Assembly: GCA_023251095.1 (NCBI GenBank)
Contig: JAHEZL010000001.1
Coordinates: 131,871 to 195,870 of the forward strand
Direction: 5' to 3'
From: Flavobacteriales bacterium
GTDB lineage: Bacteria; Bacteroidota; Bacteroidia; Flavobacteriales_C; GCA-002722245
Length of the DNA: 64,000 bases
This document shows positions 1 through 11,871 of this stretch, one piece after another. The notes under the pieces were generated by a model that saw only the letters and a list, made by a program, of their open reading frames with translations, was not told where the DNA came from and searched no databases. Position numbers and translations under genes: made by a program. Each line of letters begins with the position of its first letter. The first letter of the stretch is position 1.

Positions 1-1659
1 CTAGCTCATCCCCAACAACTCCTTCGCGTTTTCCAAGGATTTTTTAGTAAGCTTATCGCCGCTTAACATCTGTGCAATTTCTTCTACTCTCTGTTTTTCA
101 TTGAGTAAATAAACTTTCGATTCTGTCATAGCGCCGGAAATAGATTTTTCTACACGATAATGTTGCTGCGCTTTAGAAGCTATCTGAGGCAAATGCGAAA
201 TTGCAATTACCTGCATATTCTTGCCCATCTCTTTTAATACCAATCCCATTTTATGCGCCACTTCACCTGAAACACCTGTATCAATTTCATCAAAAATAAT
301 GGCCGGTAAAGTAAAATGTTGCGCCATGCAGCTTTTTACCGCCAGCATCACTCTCGACAATTCTCCTCCGGAAGCCGCATCCTCAATAGGCTTGAGATCT
401 TCACCGGGATTGGCGGAAAACATCAACACCGGTTTATCCTGTCCGCTTTCCGAAAAAATATTTACAAATGAAAAACACAAATCAACTTCCACTCTGGCCT
501 TTGGCATTTTAAGTTGTGCCAGCAATTCCACAATTTGTTTAATGAGTTGAGGAGCTGCTTTTTTGCGGGCTTTGCTCAATTGTGCGGAAAGTTCCGACAA
601 AGATTTATGCAAAACATTTTTCTTCTTTTTCAACTCTTCCAATCGCTCTTCGGAATAAGCAGCGCCACTTATTTTTTCTTTTAAATCGGCTGCTTCGGCA
701 AGTAAATCTTTGGCTGAAACGAGATTGTATTTTTTAAGCAAACCGTAAATAACACTTTGTCTTTCCTGCAAATCGGCCAGCTTACTTTTATCAAAACTCA
801 TGGATGAAGACAACTTCTCGGCTTCAGTAGCAATGTCTTCCGCTTCCAGTCGCAAAGCTTTTATGCGCTCAACAAACGCAGCAAATCCTCCTGTGAGTCT
901 TTCCAGTTTTTCAAACTCGGTTTCAACAGTAATGAGTTTATCTACCACACTATCTTCAGAATTTAAATACTGAAGAATACGCTCCATTCTTTCTCTTACC
1001 TCTCCTGAATTTTCCAGGACTTTCAATTCATTTTCTACACTTTCTTCTTCTCCTTCTTCCAATGCTGCAGAATGTATTTCATTGAATTTAAATTTCCAGT
1101 AATCTAAATTTTCTTTGACTTGCTTAACATCAACTTCCTCTTTATCCAGTTGTTTGCAAAGCTCTTTGTATTCGGTCAATGCTGTACTATAAATTGTCAA
1201 TGCCTTTTCATTGCCGGCCAATCCATCAAGAATATTGAGTAAAAACCCTGAAGACTTCAGAGATAAAAAAGCATGTTGCGAATGAATATCCACCACATTT
1301 TGCGCAATGGCTTTTAAAAAAGGAAGTGTTACCGGAGTATCATTGGCGAAGGATCTGCTTTTGCCGTTATCGGTAATTTCCCTGCGAAGAATAGTATCTT
1401 CTTCAAAGTCGACATCAAATTCTTTAAACAAAGGCTTGAGCTCTTTACTGATATGAAACACCCCTTCGATCACGCATTTTTTTTCACCCTTACGAATCAC
1501 CGAAACATCGGCCCGCGCTCCCAAAAGCAACTGCAAAGCATCGAGCATAATGGATTTTCCTGCTCCGGTTTCTCCTGTAATCACAGATAATCCGCCCGAA
1601 AAATCCAGTTTCAGATCTTTAATCAACACAAAATTATTTATGGAAATCTGCTTCAGCAT
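1..1659 (-). CDS. recN: DNA repair protein RecN (complete, stop codon at 1-3)
   Basis: 552 aa. N-terminal Walker A GETGAGKS, long coiled-coil middle, C-terminal SMC-like signature. Typical RecN architecture. Confidence 0.9.
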   Translation of the reverse strand: MLKQISINNFVLIKDLKLDFSGGLSVITGETGAGKSIMLDALQLLLGARADVSVIRKGEKKCVIEGVFHISKELKPLFKEFDVDFEEDTILRREITDNGKSRSFANDTPVTLPFLKAIAQNVVDIHSQHAFLSLKSSGFLLNILDGLAGNEKALTIYSTALTEYKELCKQLDKEEVDVKQVKENLDYWKFKFNEIHSAALEEGEEESVENELKVLENSGEVRERMERILQYLNSEDSVVDKLITVETEFEKLERLTGGFAAFVERIKALRLEAEDIATEAEKLSSSMSFDKSKLADLQERQSVIYGLLKKYNLVSAKDLLAEAADLKEKISGAAYSEERLEELKKKKNVLHKSLSELSAQLSKARKKAAPQLIKQIVELLAQLKMPKARVEVDLCFSFVNIFSESGQDKPVLMFSANPGEDLKPIEDAASGGELSRVMLAVKSCMAQHFTLPAIIFDEIDTGVSGEVAHKMGLVLKEMGKNMQVIAISHLPQIASKAQQHYRVEKSISGAMTESKVYLLNEKQRVEEIAQMLSGDKLTKKSLENAKELLGMS

Positions 1660-1661
1660 AA

Positions 1662-2441
1662 TCAGGAAATAAACAATTGACGCAATTTTTTGTCAATGAT
1701 GAATATCAATATAAAATCAAAAATTATAAAAATCAGTATCCATTTCATTAAACTAACTTTTTCGCCATCCTCACTTCTATCGATAACAGTGGTCCCATTA
1801 CTAAAATCATAAATCTTTCGATGCGTGTAATTTTCATTAAATTTTCCTTCCGACTTAGAAAGCTGAAGTTTTAAATCTACTTTTCTCTGCATGAGTGTTT
1901 CGTAATACTCGGTTTGCGTATTTTTTACGGTAGAAATTATTGAATCTATTCTGTTTATATCTGTTTCAATTACCAACTTATCCTTTTCAAATTTCTTTAG
2001 TTTATTCTGATAATTTTCCTGAACCAGAACATGCTTGCAAATGCGCTTTATTAAAGCATCTTCTAAAAGATAAAAACCAAGAGTATCACTTGCTGTTATT
2101 GTAATACGATACTCATAACGGATATTGGTTTCTTCAATTATATTTTGACATTCGTAAAGGATTGTTTTTACTTTTTCCAGTATTTCTTTTTTAACACCAA
2201 TAATTCTTTCGGCGTTGTAATAATCCTTTTCGCTTAAACATTGGGTAAGAGGCTCCATGTATTCATTCATGGCTAAAGTAGAGAGCATGAAGGTAGAACC
2301 TTGCATTTTACAAATGAAAATCCTCTCGTGCTTTTCGTTTTTCAAAAAATAAAAAACTCCGTAAGATAAAGTCAAACAAAGTAGCAGTAAATACCAATAC
2401 TTAAATAACCATATCCTAAAAATCTCTTTTATTTTCCCCAT
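1662..2441 (-). CDS. hypothetical membrane-anchored coiled-coil protein
   Basis: 259 aa ORF directly upstream of recN. N-terminal hydrophobic segment, C-terminal hydrophobic segment, charged coiled-coil-like middle. No recognisable catalytic motif. Confidence 0.5.
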   Translation of the reverse strand: MGKIKEIFRIWLFKYWYLLLLCLTLSYGVFYFLKNEKHERIFICKMQGSTFMLSTLAMNEYMEPLTQCLSEKDYYNAERIIGVKKEILEKVKTILYECQNIIEETNIRYEYRITITASDTLGFYLLEDALIKRICKHVLVQENYQNKLKKFEKDKLVIETDINRIDSIISTVKNTQTEYYETLMQRKVDLKLQLSKSEGKFNENYTHRKIYDFSNGTTVIDRSEDGEKVSLMKWILIFIIFDFILIFIIDKKLRQLFIS

Positions 2442-2450
2442 TTAATTTTA

Positions 2451-3632
2451 TTAAAAATTCGCCGGAAAAAAATAAAATTTCTTAGCAACGGTTTTTCCTG
2501 TGCAAAGCTTTTGTTTTCCCTTAGCTTTAATCTTATCTGCAGCAGTATAATCCATTCTTACAGTTGTTCCATCTTTAGTAATACCGTAAACTTCAAATGA
2601 AACATCTTTTTTCGGACAAGGCATCAAAAGCGTAGCTTTCTTCACCGGTTCGTCGGAAGCCCAGTAATAAATACCCATTGCACATTCGTACGACACTCTG
2701 ATTTCGGTAAATTTCAATCCTTTTTTTGCTTTAAACTTAAACTTCACATTCGTTTCGCTCTCAGCGGCAATGTTCATGGATACCGAGCAAATGGTTTCCA
2801 GTTCAAAATATTCTTTACCATTCATCGTGACCTTTTTTGCCGCATTTCCATTCAGCTGCCAGAATTTATTACTATATCCTTTCCAAACATTAAAAGACTG
2901 GTTGCTCTGACAGGATTCCTGAACCGGGATGTATATTTTCAAAGGATTCACCAAACAGGAATCTGCACACAATTTAACCTCTACCACTCCTACTGAATTT
3001 AATGGTGTTGACTCAGGTCCCATAGTAGTATAACCTGATTTTCTTAATAACTCAGGCGAACTGTAAGATCCTATAGAAATGCAGTTTTTAACCAATTCAA
3101 ATTCGCAACGATTCATCTTAATAATTACACCGCGAGGAAGTTCAACAGTGGTGTCTGATTTACAAAACAATTTGATCAATGCGGCTTTTATAGAATCCTG
3201 ATTGGCCGCAGACACATCTTTTTTTGCTCCTGTTTTTACCGACCATACTTCCACCACCACTCTACGGTTAATTTTTCTGCCTTCTTCAGTAGCGTTAGAA
3301 GCTACCGCACCATCAACACCGTGATTCACGAGATTGAAATTGATCAGCTTCACTTTTTTAGTTTTAAAAAATTGCTTTACCGCTTTTGCCCTTGCATCGC
3401 CTAAACCAAGATTATACTCCGGTCCACCTATGCTATCGCAATAAGAATCAATATTAATCGAAATTGAATCGCTTTTAAAAAAATCAAATAAAGCCTGTAA
3501 TTGTTTTTTATGCTCTGAGGTTACCTGACTTTTTTTGTAATCAAAAAGCAGCACCGCTGTTTGCTTCTGTGCAAATGAACTTATATTAAACAGGGCAATA
3601 ATTGCCAGTGTTAAAATGGTAATTTTTTTCAT
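2451..3632 (-). CDS. OmpA-family protein (OmpA-like peptidoglycan-binding domain at N-terminus after signal peptide)
   Basis: 393 aa with signal peptide MKKITILTLAIIALFNISSFAQ. The OmpA C-like motif (...NLGLGDARAKAV...) lies near the N-terminus. Confidence 0.7.
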   Translation of the reverse strand: MKKITILTLAIIALFNISSFAQKQTAVLLFDYKKSQVTSEHKKQLQALFDFFKSDSISINIDSYCDSIGGPEYNLGLGDARAKAVKQFFKTKKVKLINFNLVNHGVDGAVASNATEEGRKINRRVVVEVWSVKTGAKKDVSAANQDSIKAALIKLFCKSDTTVELPRGVIIKMNRCEFELVKNCISIGSYSSPELLRKSGYTTMGPESTPLNSVGVVEVKLCADSCLVNPLKIYIPVQESCQSNQSFNVWKGYSNKFWQLNGNAAKKVTMNGKEYFELETICSVSMNIAAESETNVKFKFKAKKGLKFTEIRVSYECAMGIYYWASDEPVKKATLLMPCPKKDVSFEVYGITKDGTTVRMDYTAADKIKAKGKQKLCTGKTVAKKFYFFPANF

Positions 3633-3682
3633 TAAATGTAGTTTTAGATTTATACCTCGAATTCTAAGATAGAAAAAATGTA

Positions 3683-4624
3683 CTAACCCTTGAGGTATTT
3701 TAAAATATTGCCCTCTATTCTTTGCTCAACGTTTCCTTCAGCTGCCTTGATGAATTTATTGCCAGTAATATTTTCAAAAAGCTCAATGTATCTATCGGAA
3801 GTCATTTTCACAAAATCATCGGGCATCACAGGAACTTTTTGTCCGTCTTTCCCCTGAAATCCATTGCTGATCAGCCATTGGCGAACGAACTCTTTCGACA
3901 ATTGTTTTTGAGCCTCTCCTTTTGCCTGACGATCGACATAACCTTCTGCATAAAAATATCGCGAAGAATCGGGTGTATGAATTTCATCAATTAAAATAAT
4001 TTTGCCATCGGTGTCTTTACCGAACTCATATTTAGTATCCACCAATATCAGATTTTTATCGGCTGCCATTTCACTTCCTCTATTGAACAAGGCTCTGGTG
4101 TAGGCTTCCAACTGAACGTAATCCTGTTCGGAAACTATGCCTTGTTTTAAAATTTCTTCGCGGGAAATATCTTCATCGTGACCTTCGGATGCTTTGGTTG
4201 TTGGTGTGATAATAGGTTCAGGAAATTTATCGTTTTCTTTGAGTCCTTCCGGCATAGTTACGCCGCATAAAACACGAATTCCTTCTTTATACTGACGCGC
4301 TGCGTGTCCCGACAAATAGCCGCGAATCACCATTTCTACTTTAAAGGGCTCACATCTTTTTCCTACCGAAACCATAGGATCGGGAGAAGCCATCAACCAG
4401 TTTGGAACGATATCTTTTGTTGCATTTAAAAAATGCTGGGCAATTTGATTGAGCACTTGTCCCTTGTAAGGAATTCCTCGTGGCAACACTACATCAAAAG
4501 CCGAAATCCTGTCGGAAGCCACCATCACCAAAACATCGCCGATGGAATAAACGTCTCTCACTTTACCTTTGTAAACCGCACTTTGATTGGGAAATTTAAA
4601 ATCTGTTTTTACTAATGCTTCCAT
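3683..4624 (-). CDS. purC: phosphoribosylaminoimidazole-succinocarboxamide synthase (SAICAR synthetase, long form)
   Basis: 313 aa. N-terminal YKGKVRDVY... motif and overall similarity to long-form PurC. Confidence 0.9.
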   Translation of the reverse strand: MEALVKTDFKFPNQSAVYKGKVRDVYSIGDVLVMVASDRISAFDVVLPRGIPYKGQVLNQIAQHFLNATKDIVPNWLMASPDPMVSVGKRCEPFKVEMVIRGYLSGHAARQYKEGIRVLCGVTMPEGLKENDKFPEPIITPTTKASEGHDEDISREEILKQGIVSEQDYVQLEAYTRALFNRGSEMAADKNLILVDTKYEFGKDTDGKIILIDEIHTPDSSRYFYAEGYVDRQAKGEAQKQLSKEFVRQWLISNGFQGKDGQKVPVMPDDFVKMTSDRYIELFENITGNKFIKAAEGNVEQRIEGNILKYLKG

Positions 4625-4636
4625 TCTTTTTATCTT

Positions 4637-5581
4637 TTATTGTTTTCCTGCTTTTTCATAAGCAGTTAATATTTCTTTCACTATGCGGTGACGCAACACA
4701 TCTTTACCATCCAGGTAAACGAATTCAATTCCGTCAATATTTTTTAAAATTTTACTGGCATGAATCAATCCTGATGGCTGACGGTTGGGCAAATCAATTT
4801 GCGTTACATCACCCGTTATCACAAACTTTGCAGCTTCGCCCATACGGGTTAAAAACATTTTAATTTGTCCTTCGGTAGTATTTTGTGCCTCATCCAAAAT
4901 CACAAAAGCATGGTTCAGTGTTCGTCCGCGCATAAAAGCCAGAGGCGCAATTTCAATTACTTTTTTTTCGATGTGTTCGGCCAGCTTTGCAAGAGGAATC
5001 ATATCTCGCAATGCATCATACAAAGGCTGCATGTACGGATCCAGCTTTTCTTTTAAATCACCGGGAAGAAAACCTAAATTTTCTCCTGATTCCACAGCCG
5101 GACGCGTCAATATAATTTTTTTTACTTCTCTATTTTTTAAAGCTCTTACCGCTAAAGCCACTGCTGTGTAAGTTTTACCGGTTCCGGCAGGTCCCATCGC
5201 AAACACCATATCGTTTTTAGTAACGGCCGCCACCATTTTTCTTTGGTTGGGCGTTTTTGCTTTTACTATAATTCCTCCGTTGCCATAAACAATCACCCCT
5301 TCACCTTCTTCATTGGAAATGATACTTTCCCCTTCAACACCCATCAAACTGTCGATGTTGGTTTCGGTGAGCTTTCCATATTTTTCAATATGCGATATAA
5401 ATAAAGTGAGGTATTTTTCAAATTCTATGATGTCAGTTCTGCTGCCGCTAACAATCAACTCATCGCCTCTCGACACGATTTTAACCCGCGGAAAACTCTT
5501 CTTTATGTGATTCAGCTTTATGTTATTAACCCCCAGCAATTGGATGGGTTCAACATTTTCAATAACGAGCAGCTTGTCCAA
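4637..5581 (-). CDS. phoH: PhoH-family ATPase
   Basis: 314 aa. Walker A GPAGTGKTYTAVA and PhoH-like C-terminal half. Confidence 0.9.
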   Translation of the reverse strand: MDKLLVIENVEPIQLLGVNNIKLNHIKKSFPRVKIVSRGDELIVSGSRTDIIEFEKYLTLFISHIEKYGKLTETNIDSLMGVEGESIISNEEGEGVIVYGNGGIIVKAKTPNQRKMVAAVTKNDMVFAMGPAGTGKTYTAVALAVRALKNREVKKIILTRPAVESGENLGFLPGDLKEKLDPYMQPLYDALRDMIPLAKLAEHIEKKVIEIAPLAFMRGRTLNHAFVILDEAQNTTEGQIKMFLTRMGEAAKFVITGDVTQIDLPNRQPSGLIHASKILKNIDGIEFVYLDGKDVLRHRIVKEILTAYEKAGKQ

Positions 5582-5619
5582 TACTAAAATTTTAAGGCGC
5601 TAAAATAGGAATTCTCTTG

Positions 5620-5627
5620 TATATTTG
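5620..5627 (+). promoter_or_regulatory. candidate Bacteroidetes -7 box TATATTTG (TAnnTTTG) 16 nt upstream of the 5644 ATG
   Basis: Exact TAnnTTTG match in the divergent phoH/DUF62 intergenic region. The -33 TTTG is not well matched (TTTA about 25 nt upstream). Confidence 0.4.
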
Positions 5628-5643
5628 ACCAATTGAAACGAAG

Positions 5644-6426
5644 ATGGCGGTTATCACATTAACAACGGATTTAGGATTAAAGGATTACTATGTGGGATCT
5701 CTCAAAGGTGCCATCCTTAAAGAAATTCCAAATGCCAACATCATTGATATCAGTCACGACATCCCTCCTTTTGATATTGCAGTTGCTTCTTTTTGTGTGA
5801 AAAATATTTACAATGATTTCCCCAAAGGCAGCATTCATATTATAGGTGTTGCTCCCGGTGCCGATGAACAAACACGGCATCTGGCCATTGAAAAAGACGG
5901 TCACTATTTTATCGGAGCCGACAATGGAATGTTTTCCCTCATCTTTGATACTCCTGTTGAAACGATATATGAAATACAATTGTCGGATTCCTCTTCCTCA
6001 CAAACTTTCCCTACCAAAGATGTGTTTGTGAAAGCCGCAGCCATCATTGCCCGCGGTGAAGGATTGGAAAAACTAGGTAGAAAGGCAGGCAACATTCAAG
6101 AGAGAATGATTTTCCGCGCCATCTCCGAAGGCAATATCATCAAAGGAATGGTGACTTACATCGATACTTACGGCAACGTGATCACCAATATTTCCAAACA
6201 GCTATTCAGCGACTTTGGCAAAAACAGAAACTTCGGTATCATTTTTCGCCGCGCCGATTATACCATTGATGAAATCAGCGACAACTACAACCTCGTTCCC
6301 GAAGGTGAAAAGGTGGCTATTTTCAGCAATTCAGGTTTCCTTGAAATTTCCATCAACAAGGGAAATGCGTCTAATTTATTCGGATTGAAATTGTATGATA
6401 CCATAAGAGTGGAATTTGAATCATGA
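5644..6426 (+). CDS. SAM hydroxide adenosyltransferase family protein (DUF62; SalL/FlA chlorinase-fluorinase superfamily, most likely a SAM hydrolase)
   Basis: 260 aa. N-terminus ITLTTDLGLKDYYVGSLKGAIL...IIDISHDIPPFDI matches the conserved DUF62 N-terminal domain. Confidence 0.8.
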   Translation: MAVITLTTDLGLKDYYVGSLKGAILKEIPNANIIDISHDIPPFDIAVASFCVKNIYNDFPKGSIHIIGVAPGADEQTRHLAIEKDGHYFIGADNGMFSLIFDTPVETIYEIQLSDSSSSQTFPTKDVFVKAAAIIARGEGLEKLGRKAGNIQERMIFRAISEGNIIKGMVTYIDTYGNVITNISKQLFSDFGKNRNFGIIFRRADYTIDEISDNYNLVPEGEKVAIFSNSGFLEISINKGNASNLFGLKLYDTIRVEFES

Positions 6427-6707
6427 TAGTACGAATTGTAAAACTCACGCTGCGTCCTGAGAAAACCGAGGATTTCCTGGCTTTGTTCAATCGCTATAAA
6501 AAAGACATTGCTGCTTTTCCGGGATGTACGCATCTGCAAGGTTTACAAGACATTAAAAACACAAACATATTTTTCACATACAGCCATTGGGAAAACGAGG
6601 AAGCTTTAAACACCTACCGTCATTCCGCACTGTTTAATGAAGTATGGCCGCAAGCCAAAGAATGGTTTGAAGAAAACCCCGAAGCCTGGAGCTCTATAAT
6701 GTTATAA
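6423..6707 (+). CDS. ABM-domain (antibiotic biosynthesis monooxygenase-like) small protein
   Basis: 94 aa with the ferredoxin-like ABM fold signature. Start overlaps the upstream stop by ATGA, which implies translational coupling. Confidence 0.55.
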   Translation: MIVRIVKLTLRPEKTEDFLALFNRYKKDIAAFPGCTHLQGLQDIKNTNIFFTYSHWENEEALNTYRHSALFNEVWPQAKEWFEENPEAWSSIML

Positions 6708-6710
6708 GCA

Positions 6711-7373
6711 ATGAAACCTGTCACCAAAAGAATATTAGCCCTTGCTGTTTTGTTCGCTATCGCTGTGGTCTTTGCGTATCCCATTATCAGCAAGAATGCG
6801 GAAAAACTAAAAGTATACAACCCTGCTGATGTGAATCCTTTGTTGGTCACCGATAGCCTGAGAAACACCACCTCGGGCCACACCATTGCTCCTTTCCATC
6901 TGATCAATCAAAATGGCGACAGTATCAGCGACCAACTCTTTAAAGGGAAAATTTACGTGGCCGATTTCTTCTTCACCACCTGCACCAATATTTGTCCGAT
7001 TATGACCGGCCAGCTCAAACGCGTGTATGACGAATACAAAGGCGATTCATCCGTGATGTTCCTTTCTCATACTTCTTTGCCCGAAACCGACAGTCCGCCG
7101 GTTTTAAAAAAATACTCCCTTCGCTTTGGCGCCCAACTTCCGCAATGGCAATTTGTAACCGGCGACAAAAAAGAAATTTACCATCTGGCCCGAAACTCTT
7201 ATTTGGCAGTAAAAACAAAAGGAAATGGCGACAAAAATGATTTTATCCATACAGAAAACCTCGTTTTGATAGATGGACAAAAAAGAATTCGGGGATTTTA
7301 TGATGGAACCTCTACAGATGAGGTCAATCAATTGATTGACGACATCGCCAATTTAAAAGAAGAAAATCCTTAG
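6711..7373 (+). CDS. SCO1/SenC family thiol-disulfide copper chaperone
   Basis: 220 aa. N-terminal TM/signal, thioredoxin-like CxxxC (FTTCTNICP) and a conserved His region. Confidence 0.8.
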   Translation: MKPVTKRILALAVLFAIAVVFAYPIISKNAEKLKVYNPADVNPLLVTDSLRNTTSGHTIAPFHLINQNGDSISDQLFKGKIYVADFFFTTCTNICPIMTGQLKRVYDEYKGDSSVMFLSHTSLPETDSPPVLKKYSLRFGAQLPQWQFVTGDKKEIYHLARNSYLAVKTKGNGDKNDFIHTENLVLIDGQKRIRGFYDGTSTDEVNQLIDDIANLKEENP

Positions 7374-7398
7374 TTGTTTAGTGTTAAAAAACTGGACT

Positions 7399-7423
7399 TT
7401 TGCACTTCTATAGGTTATATTTG
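7399..7423 (+). promoter_or_regulatory. candidate rpoD promoter: TTTG (7399-7402) and TATATTTG (7416-7423)
   Basis: Both Bacteroidetes sigma-A motifs are present, but the spacer is only 13 nt against the usual 19-21. Confidence 0.3.
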
Positions 7424-7457
7424 CAAACCTAGTTATATTAACACACTGATATACAAC

Positions 7458-8321
7458 ATGAGACAACTAAAAATCACCCAGTCCATTACCAAAAGAGATA
7501 GTATTACTCTCGACAAATACTTACAAGAAATAGGAAAAGAATCTCTGATTACTGCTGATGAAGAAGTAATCTTAGCACAAAAGATAAGAGACGGGGACCA
7601 GGCCGCTCTTGAAAAATTAACCAAAGCCAACTTAAGATTCGTTGTATCGGTAGCTAAACAGTACCAGGGACAAGGCATGACCTTACCCGATTTGATCAAC
7701 GAAGGAAACCTGGGTTTGATTAAGGCCGCAAGAAGATTCGACGAAACAAGAGGTTTTAAATTTATCTCTTACGCCGTATGGTGGATTCGTCAATCAATCA
7801 TTCAAGCTATTTCTGAACAATCAAGAATGGTGCGTTTGCCTTTGAATAAAATCGGGGCCATCAGCAAAATCAATAAAGGTGCTTCTCAACTGGAACAACA
7901 ACTGGAAAGAGAACCTAACGCTCAAGAACTTTCCGAGCATTTGGATTTACCTGAACAGGAAGTTTCCAATGTATTGCACATGAATACGCGTCACATCTCT
8001 GTAGATGCTCCGTTTCAGGATGGTGAAGATCATGGTTTGCTGGACGTTATGGTGAATGAAGATTCTCCAAAAGCCGACAGAGAACTGATCGTTGAATCGT
8101 TAAGAGCTGAAATCAACAGATCTCTTTCTACCTTAACAGACAGAGAAAGTGAAGTGATCAAAATGTTCTACGGAATCGATGGATACAGAGAAATCTCTTT
8201 GGAAGAAATCGGCGCTAAGTTCGATTTAACAAGAGAACGCGTTCGTCAGATCAAAGAAAAAGCGATCAAACGTTTGAAAAACAACACAAGAAGTAAATTA
8301 TTGAAAACCTATTTGGGTTAG
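7458..8321 (+). CDS. rpoD: RNA polymerase primary sigma factor RpoD (sigma-A), short Bacteroidetes form
   Basis: 287 aa from the ATG at 7458; the ORF track extends to 7374 with no conserved sequence there. Regions 2-4 are conserved ([42 protein letters not shown]). Confidence 0.9.
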   Translation: MRQLKITQSITKRDSITLDKYLQEIGKESLITADEEVILAQKIRDGDQAALEKLTKANLRFVVSVAKQYQGQGMTLPDLINEGNLGLIKAARRFDETRGFKFISYAVWWIRQSIIQAISEQSRMVRLPLNKIGAISKINKGASQLEQQLEREPNAQELSEHLDLPEQEVSNVLHMNTRHISVDAPFQDGEDHGLLDVMVNEDSPKADRELIVESLRAEINRSLSTLTDRESEVIKMFYGIDGYREISLEEIGAKFDLTRERVRQIKEKAIKRLKNNTRSKLLKTYLG

Positions 8322-8340
8322 TCATAATAAGGATTACAAG

Positions 8341-8378
8341 AAAAAGTCCCCGTCAGCTGACGGGGACTTTTTTGTTTT
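8341..8378. terminator. bidirectional rho-independent terminator between rpoD (+) and the 8382 oxidoreductase gene (-)
   Basis: Hairpin AGTCCCCGTCAGCTGACGGGGACT flanked by an A-run on the left and a T-run on the right. Confidence 0.65.
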
Positions 8379-8381
8379 GCG

Positions 8382-9056
8382 TTAATCAACTGCTATCTCA
8401 TTAATATCCCTGCTCTCCAATATCTTTTTACCACACCCCTTTCTCACTACATTAATCATCGCTTTCCCCAGCGAAGTAGTATCTGTAATCCAACTTTTAA
8501 ACGACTTCAACAGAAAGTATATCGGTTTAAATACAAAGTAAACAGCCATGTACCATTTCACTTTTGATTTTATGCCTTTGAGCGGTTGTATGTATCCCGG
8601 ACGAAACATGTAAGTCGCTTTAAAAGGCATAGCCATCAAAGCATTTTCTGTTTTGCCTTTTATTCTAGCCCACATAGCTTTACTCTTCTCCGAACTATCC
8701 GTTCCCGAGCCTGAAACATAACAAAAAGTAAAAGAGCTGTTTGCTTTTAAAACAGCCTCAGCTGCTCTTATTGTAAGCTCAAAAGTGGTTTTGTAATATT
8801 CTTCTTCCCGCATTCCAACTGCAGAAACACCGAGGCAAAAGAAGCAAGCATTGTACTTCGAAAACTCCGGAAGCAAAGAAGAAAAATCAGAGAAGTCGGC
8901 ATAAATGATTTCTTTAATCTTAGGATGTTTTATGTTTTCAAGCGGTCGGCGATTAATCAACAAAACAGATTCTACTCCTCCATCTTCTATACATTCCAGC
9001 AAAACCGCCTGTCCGACCATCCCTGTTGCCCCGAAAATAATTGCTTTAATACTCAT
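8382..9056 (-). CDS. NAD(P)H-binding domain oxidoreductase (atypical SDR / HTATIP2-like)
   Basis: 224 aa. N-terminal Rossmann motif IIFGATGMVGQAV. Confidence 0.7.
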   Translation of the reverse strand: MSIKAIIFGATGMVGQAVLLECIEDGGVESVLLINRRPLENIKHPKIKEIIYADFSDFSSLLPEFSKYNACFFCLGVSAVGMREEEYYKTTFELTIRAAEAVLKANSSFTFCYVSGSGTDSSEKSKAMWARIKGKTENALMAMPFKATYMFRPGYIQPLKGIKSKVKWYMAVYFVFKPIYFLLKSFKSWITDTTSLGKAMINVVRKGCGKKILESRDINEIAVD

Positions 9057-9102
9057 ATACTATCCGATTATAGCAATGAAGATACTACAAAACTTAAGGC
9101 AC

Positions 9103-9135
9103 AAAAAAACCTCTGCGTAATCCGCAGAGGCTTTT
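9103..9135 (-). terminator. rho-independent terminator downstream of the 9155-9940 lipoprotein gene
   Basis: Hairpin CCTCTGCGTAATCCGCAGAGG preceded by A7 on the + strand, which is a T-tail on the - strand. Confidence 0.6.
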
Positions 9136-9154
9136 AATATTTATTCAAATGAAA

Positions 9155-9940
9155 TTATTTACAAGTCATATCTTGTTGTGCTGTATCCCAGCAATGACTA
9201 ATTGTGTCAACACCAATCCATTTACCATGTCTGTCAGCACTGTTCCACATAATTTGAGTTAACTCAGCCTTTCCTTTATCATAGATGTCATAGTGACCAT
9301 CAAACTCAACCTCTGCAGTTTTTTTCCACAGGATATAGTTTCCTGTTCCTGACTGACTTGGTTCAACATAAGAAAATTTAGTTTCAGCAGTTCCTGCAGA
9401 AGCATCTTTGCTCCATGCAATGTCAACATAAGTTACAGGATTGTAAACATCTTTGTTTAAGCTCCATGTTCCTGAAGTACCATCTTTTTTAGATACACCT
9501 GTGTACCATGTGAAATCCTGAAAATCATTTTGTTTAGAAATAACCATTGTCCAGTTAATGTTGTCTCCGCTTTCACTTGCATGTAATTTAACAGTATAAG
9601 TAACAGCTACAACAACATTGTATGACCATACCCATTCTTTTTTATTTACATCATACACTGCCTCATGTTTCAAAGCTTCTTTAAAAGCAGCAACAGGAAC
9701 AACTAAATTAACCGCGAGAATAGTATTAAAATATCCAACCGCTAAAGCAGCCACACCGTAATTCCATCCTGTTTGTGTTTTGTTGGAAGATCCATCGAAA
9801 GAATTATCCATACTCATTGAAGACGAAGGTGGTAAAGCCGGAGCCGCAGGGTTTTCTTTTTTACAAGATGTTGCGAAAACTCCAAGAGCCATCGCAAGAA
9901 CTAAAAATTTCTTTGATTGGTTTTTGATTGTCGATTTCAT
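9155..9940 (-). CDS. hypothetical lipoprotein
   Basis: 261 aa. Signal peptide plus lipobox (..VFATSCKK), S/P-rich linker, beta-rich body. No enzyme motifs. Confidence 0.55.
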   Translation of the reverse strand: MKSTIKNQSKKFLVLAMALGVFATSCKKENPAAPALPPSSSMSMDNSFDGSSNKTQTGWNYGVAALAVGYFNTILAVNLVVPVAAFKEALKHEAVYDVNKKEWVWSYNVVVAVTYTVKLHASESGDNINWTMVISKQNDFQDFTWYTGVSKKDGTSGTWSLNKDVYNPVTYVDIAWSKDASAGTAETKFSYVEPSQSGTGNYILWKKTAEVEFDGHYDIYDKGKAELTQIMWNSADRHGKWIGVDTISHCWDTAQQDMTCK

Positions 9941-10084
9941 AATTGCGTATTAATTGATTTAAGTTTTTTTCTAAGACGAAGTTAAAATAAAATGGTTGCT
10001 TTTGCATTTTTTTGTCGACTAAAGCATTCATTCTTCAGTTAAACGACTTTCTTATTATGTCATCTTTTATTGCTGTTTTTAACT

Positions 10085-10092
10085 TACCTTTG
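10085..10092 (+). promoter_or_regulatory. candidate -7 box TACCTTTG 21 nt upstream of the ABC-F start
   Basis: Matches TAnnTTTG. No clean TTTG at -33. Confidence 0.3.
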
Positions 10093-10110
10093 CCACCTGA
10101 AAAAAAATAA

Positions 10111-11727
<1,617 letters not shown>

Positions 11728-11733
11728 CATTTC

Positions 11734-11799
11734 CGTCATTTCGAGGAACGAAGCAATCGCATCGAGGTTAATGAGATTGCTTCGTTCCTCGCAATGACG
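11734..11799. repeat. family-1 palindromic element, short form (25-bp imperfect inverted repeat, 16-nt loop), termini CGTCATTtCGA / TCGCAATGACG
   Basis: Left arm CGTCATTTCGAGGAACGAAGCAATC and right arm GATTGCTTCGTTCCTCGCAATGACG are reverse complements with one mismatch. The element starts 7 nt after the ABC-F stop. Confidence 0.85.
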
Positions 11800-11820
11800 A
11801 TCAGAATGTAAAACAAATAA

Positions 11821-11852
11821 AAAAAGCCGGAAGAAATTCTTCCGGCTTTTTC
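11821..11852. terminator. bidirectional rho-independent terminator between convergent ABC-F and DEAD-box helicase genes
   Basis: Hairpin AGCCGGAAGAAATTCTTCCGGCT flanked by an A-run and a T-run. Confidence 0.7.
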
Positions 11853-11871
11853 ATGTATGATATTCTGAGAA

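Noticed and set aside
7374-7457. Extended rpoD start at 7374 ([28 protein letters not shown]...)
   Set aside because: The extension overlaps the predicted promoter motifs and is unlike any sigma-70 N-terminus. The ATG at 7458 gives a standard 287-aa Bacteroidetes RpoD.
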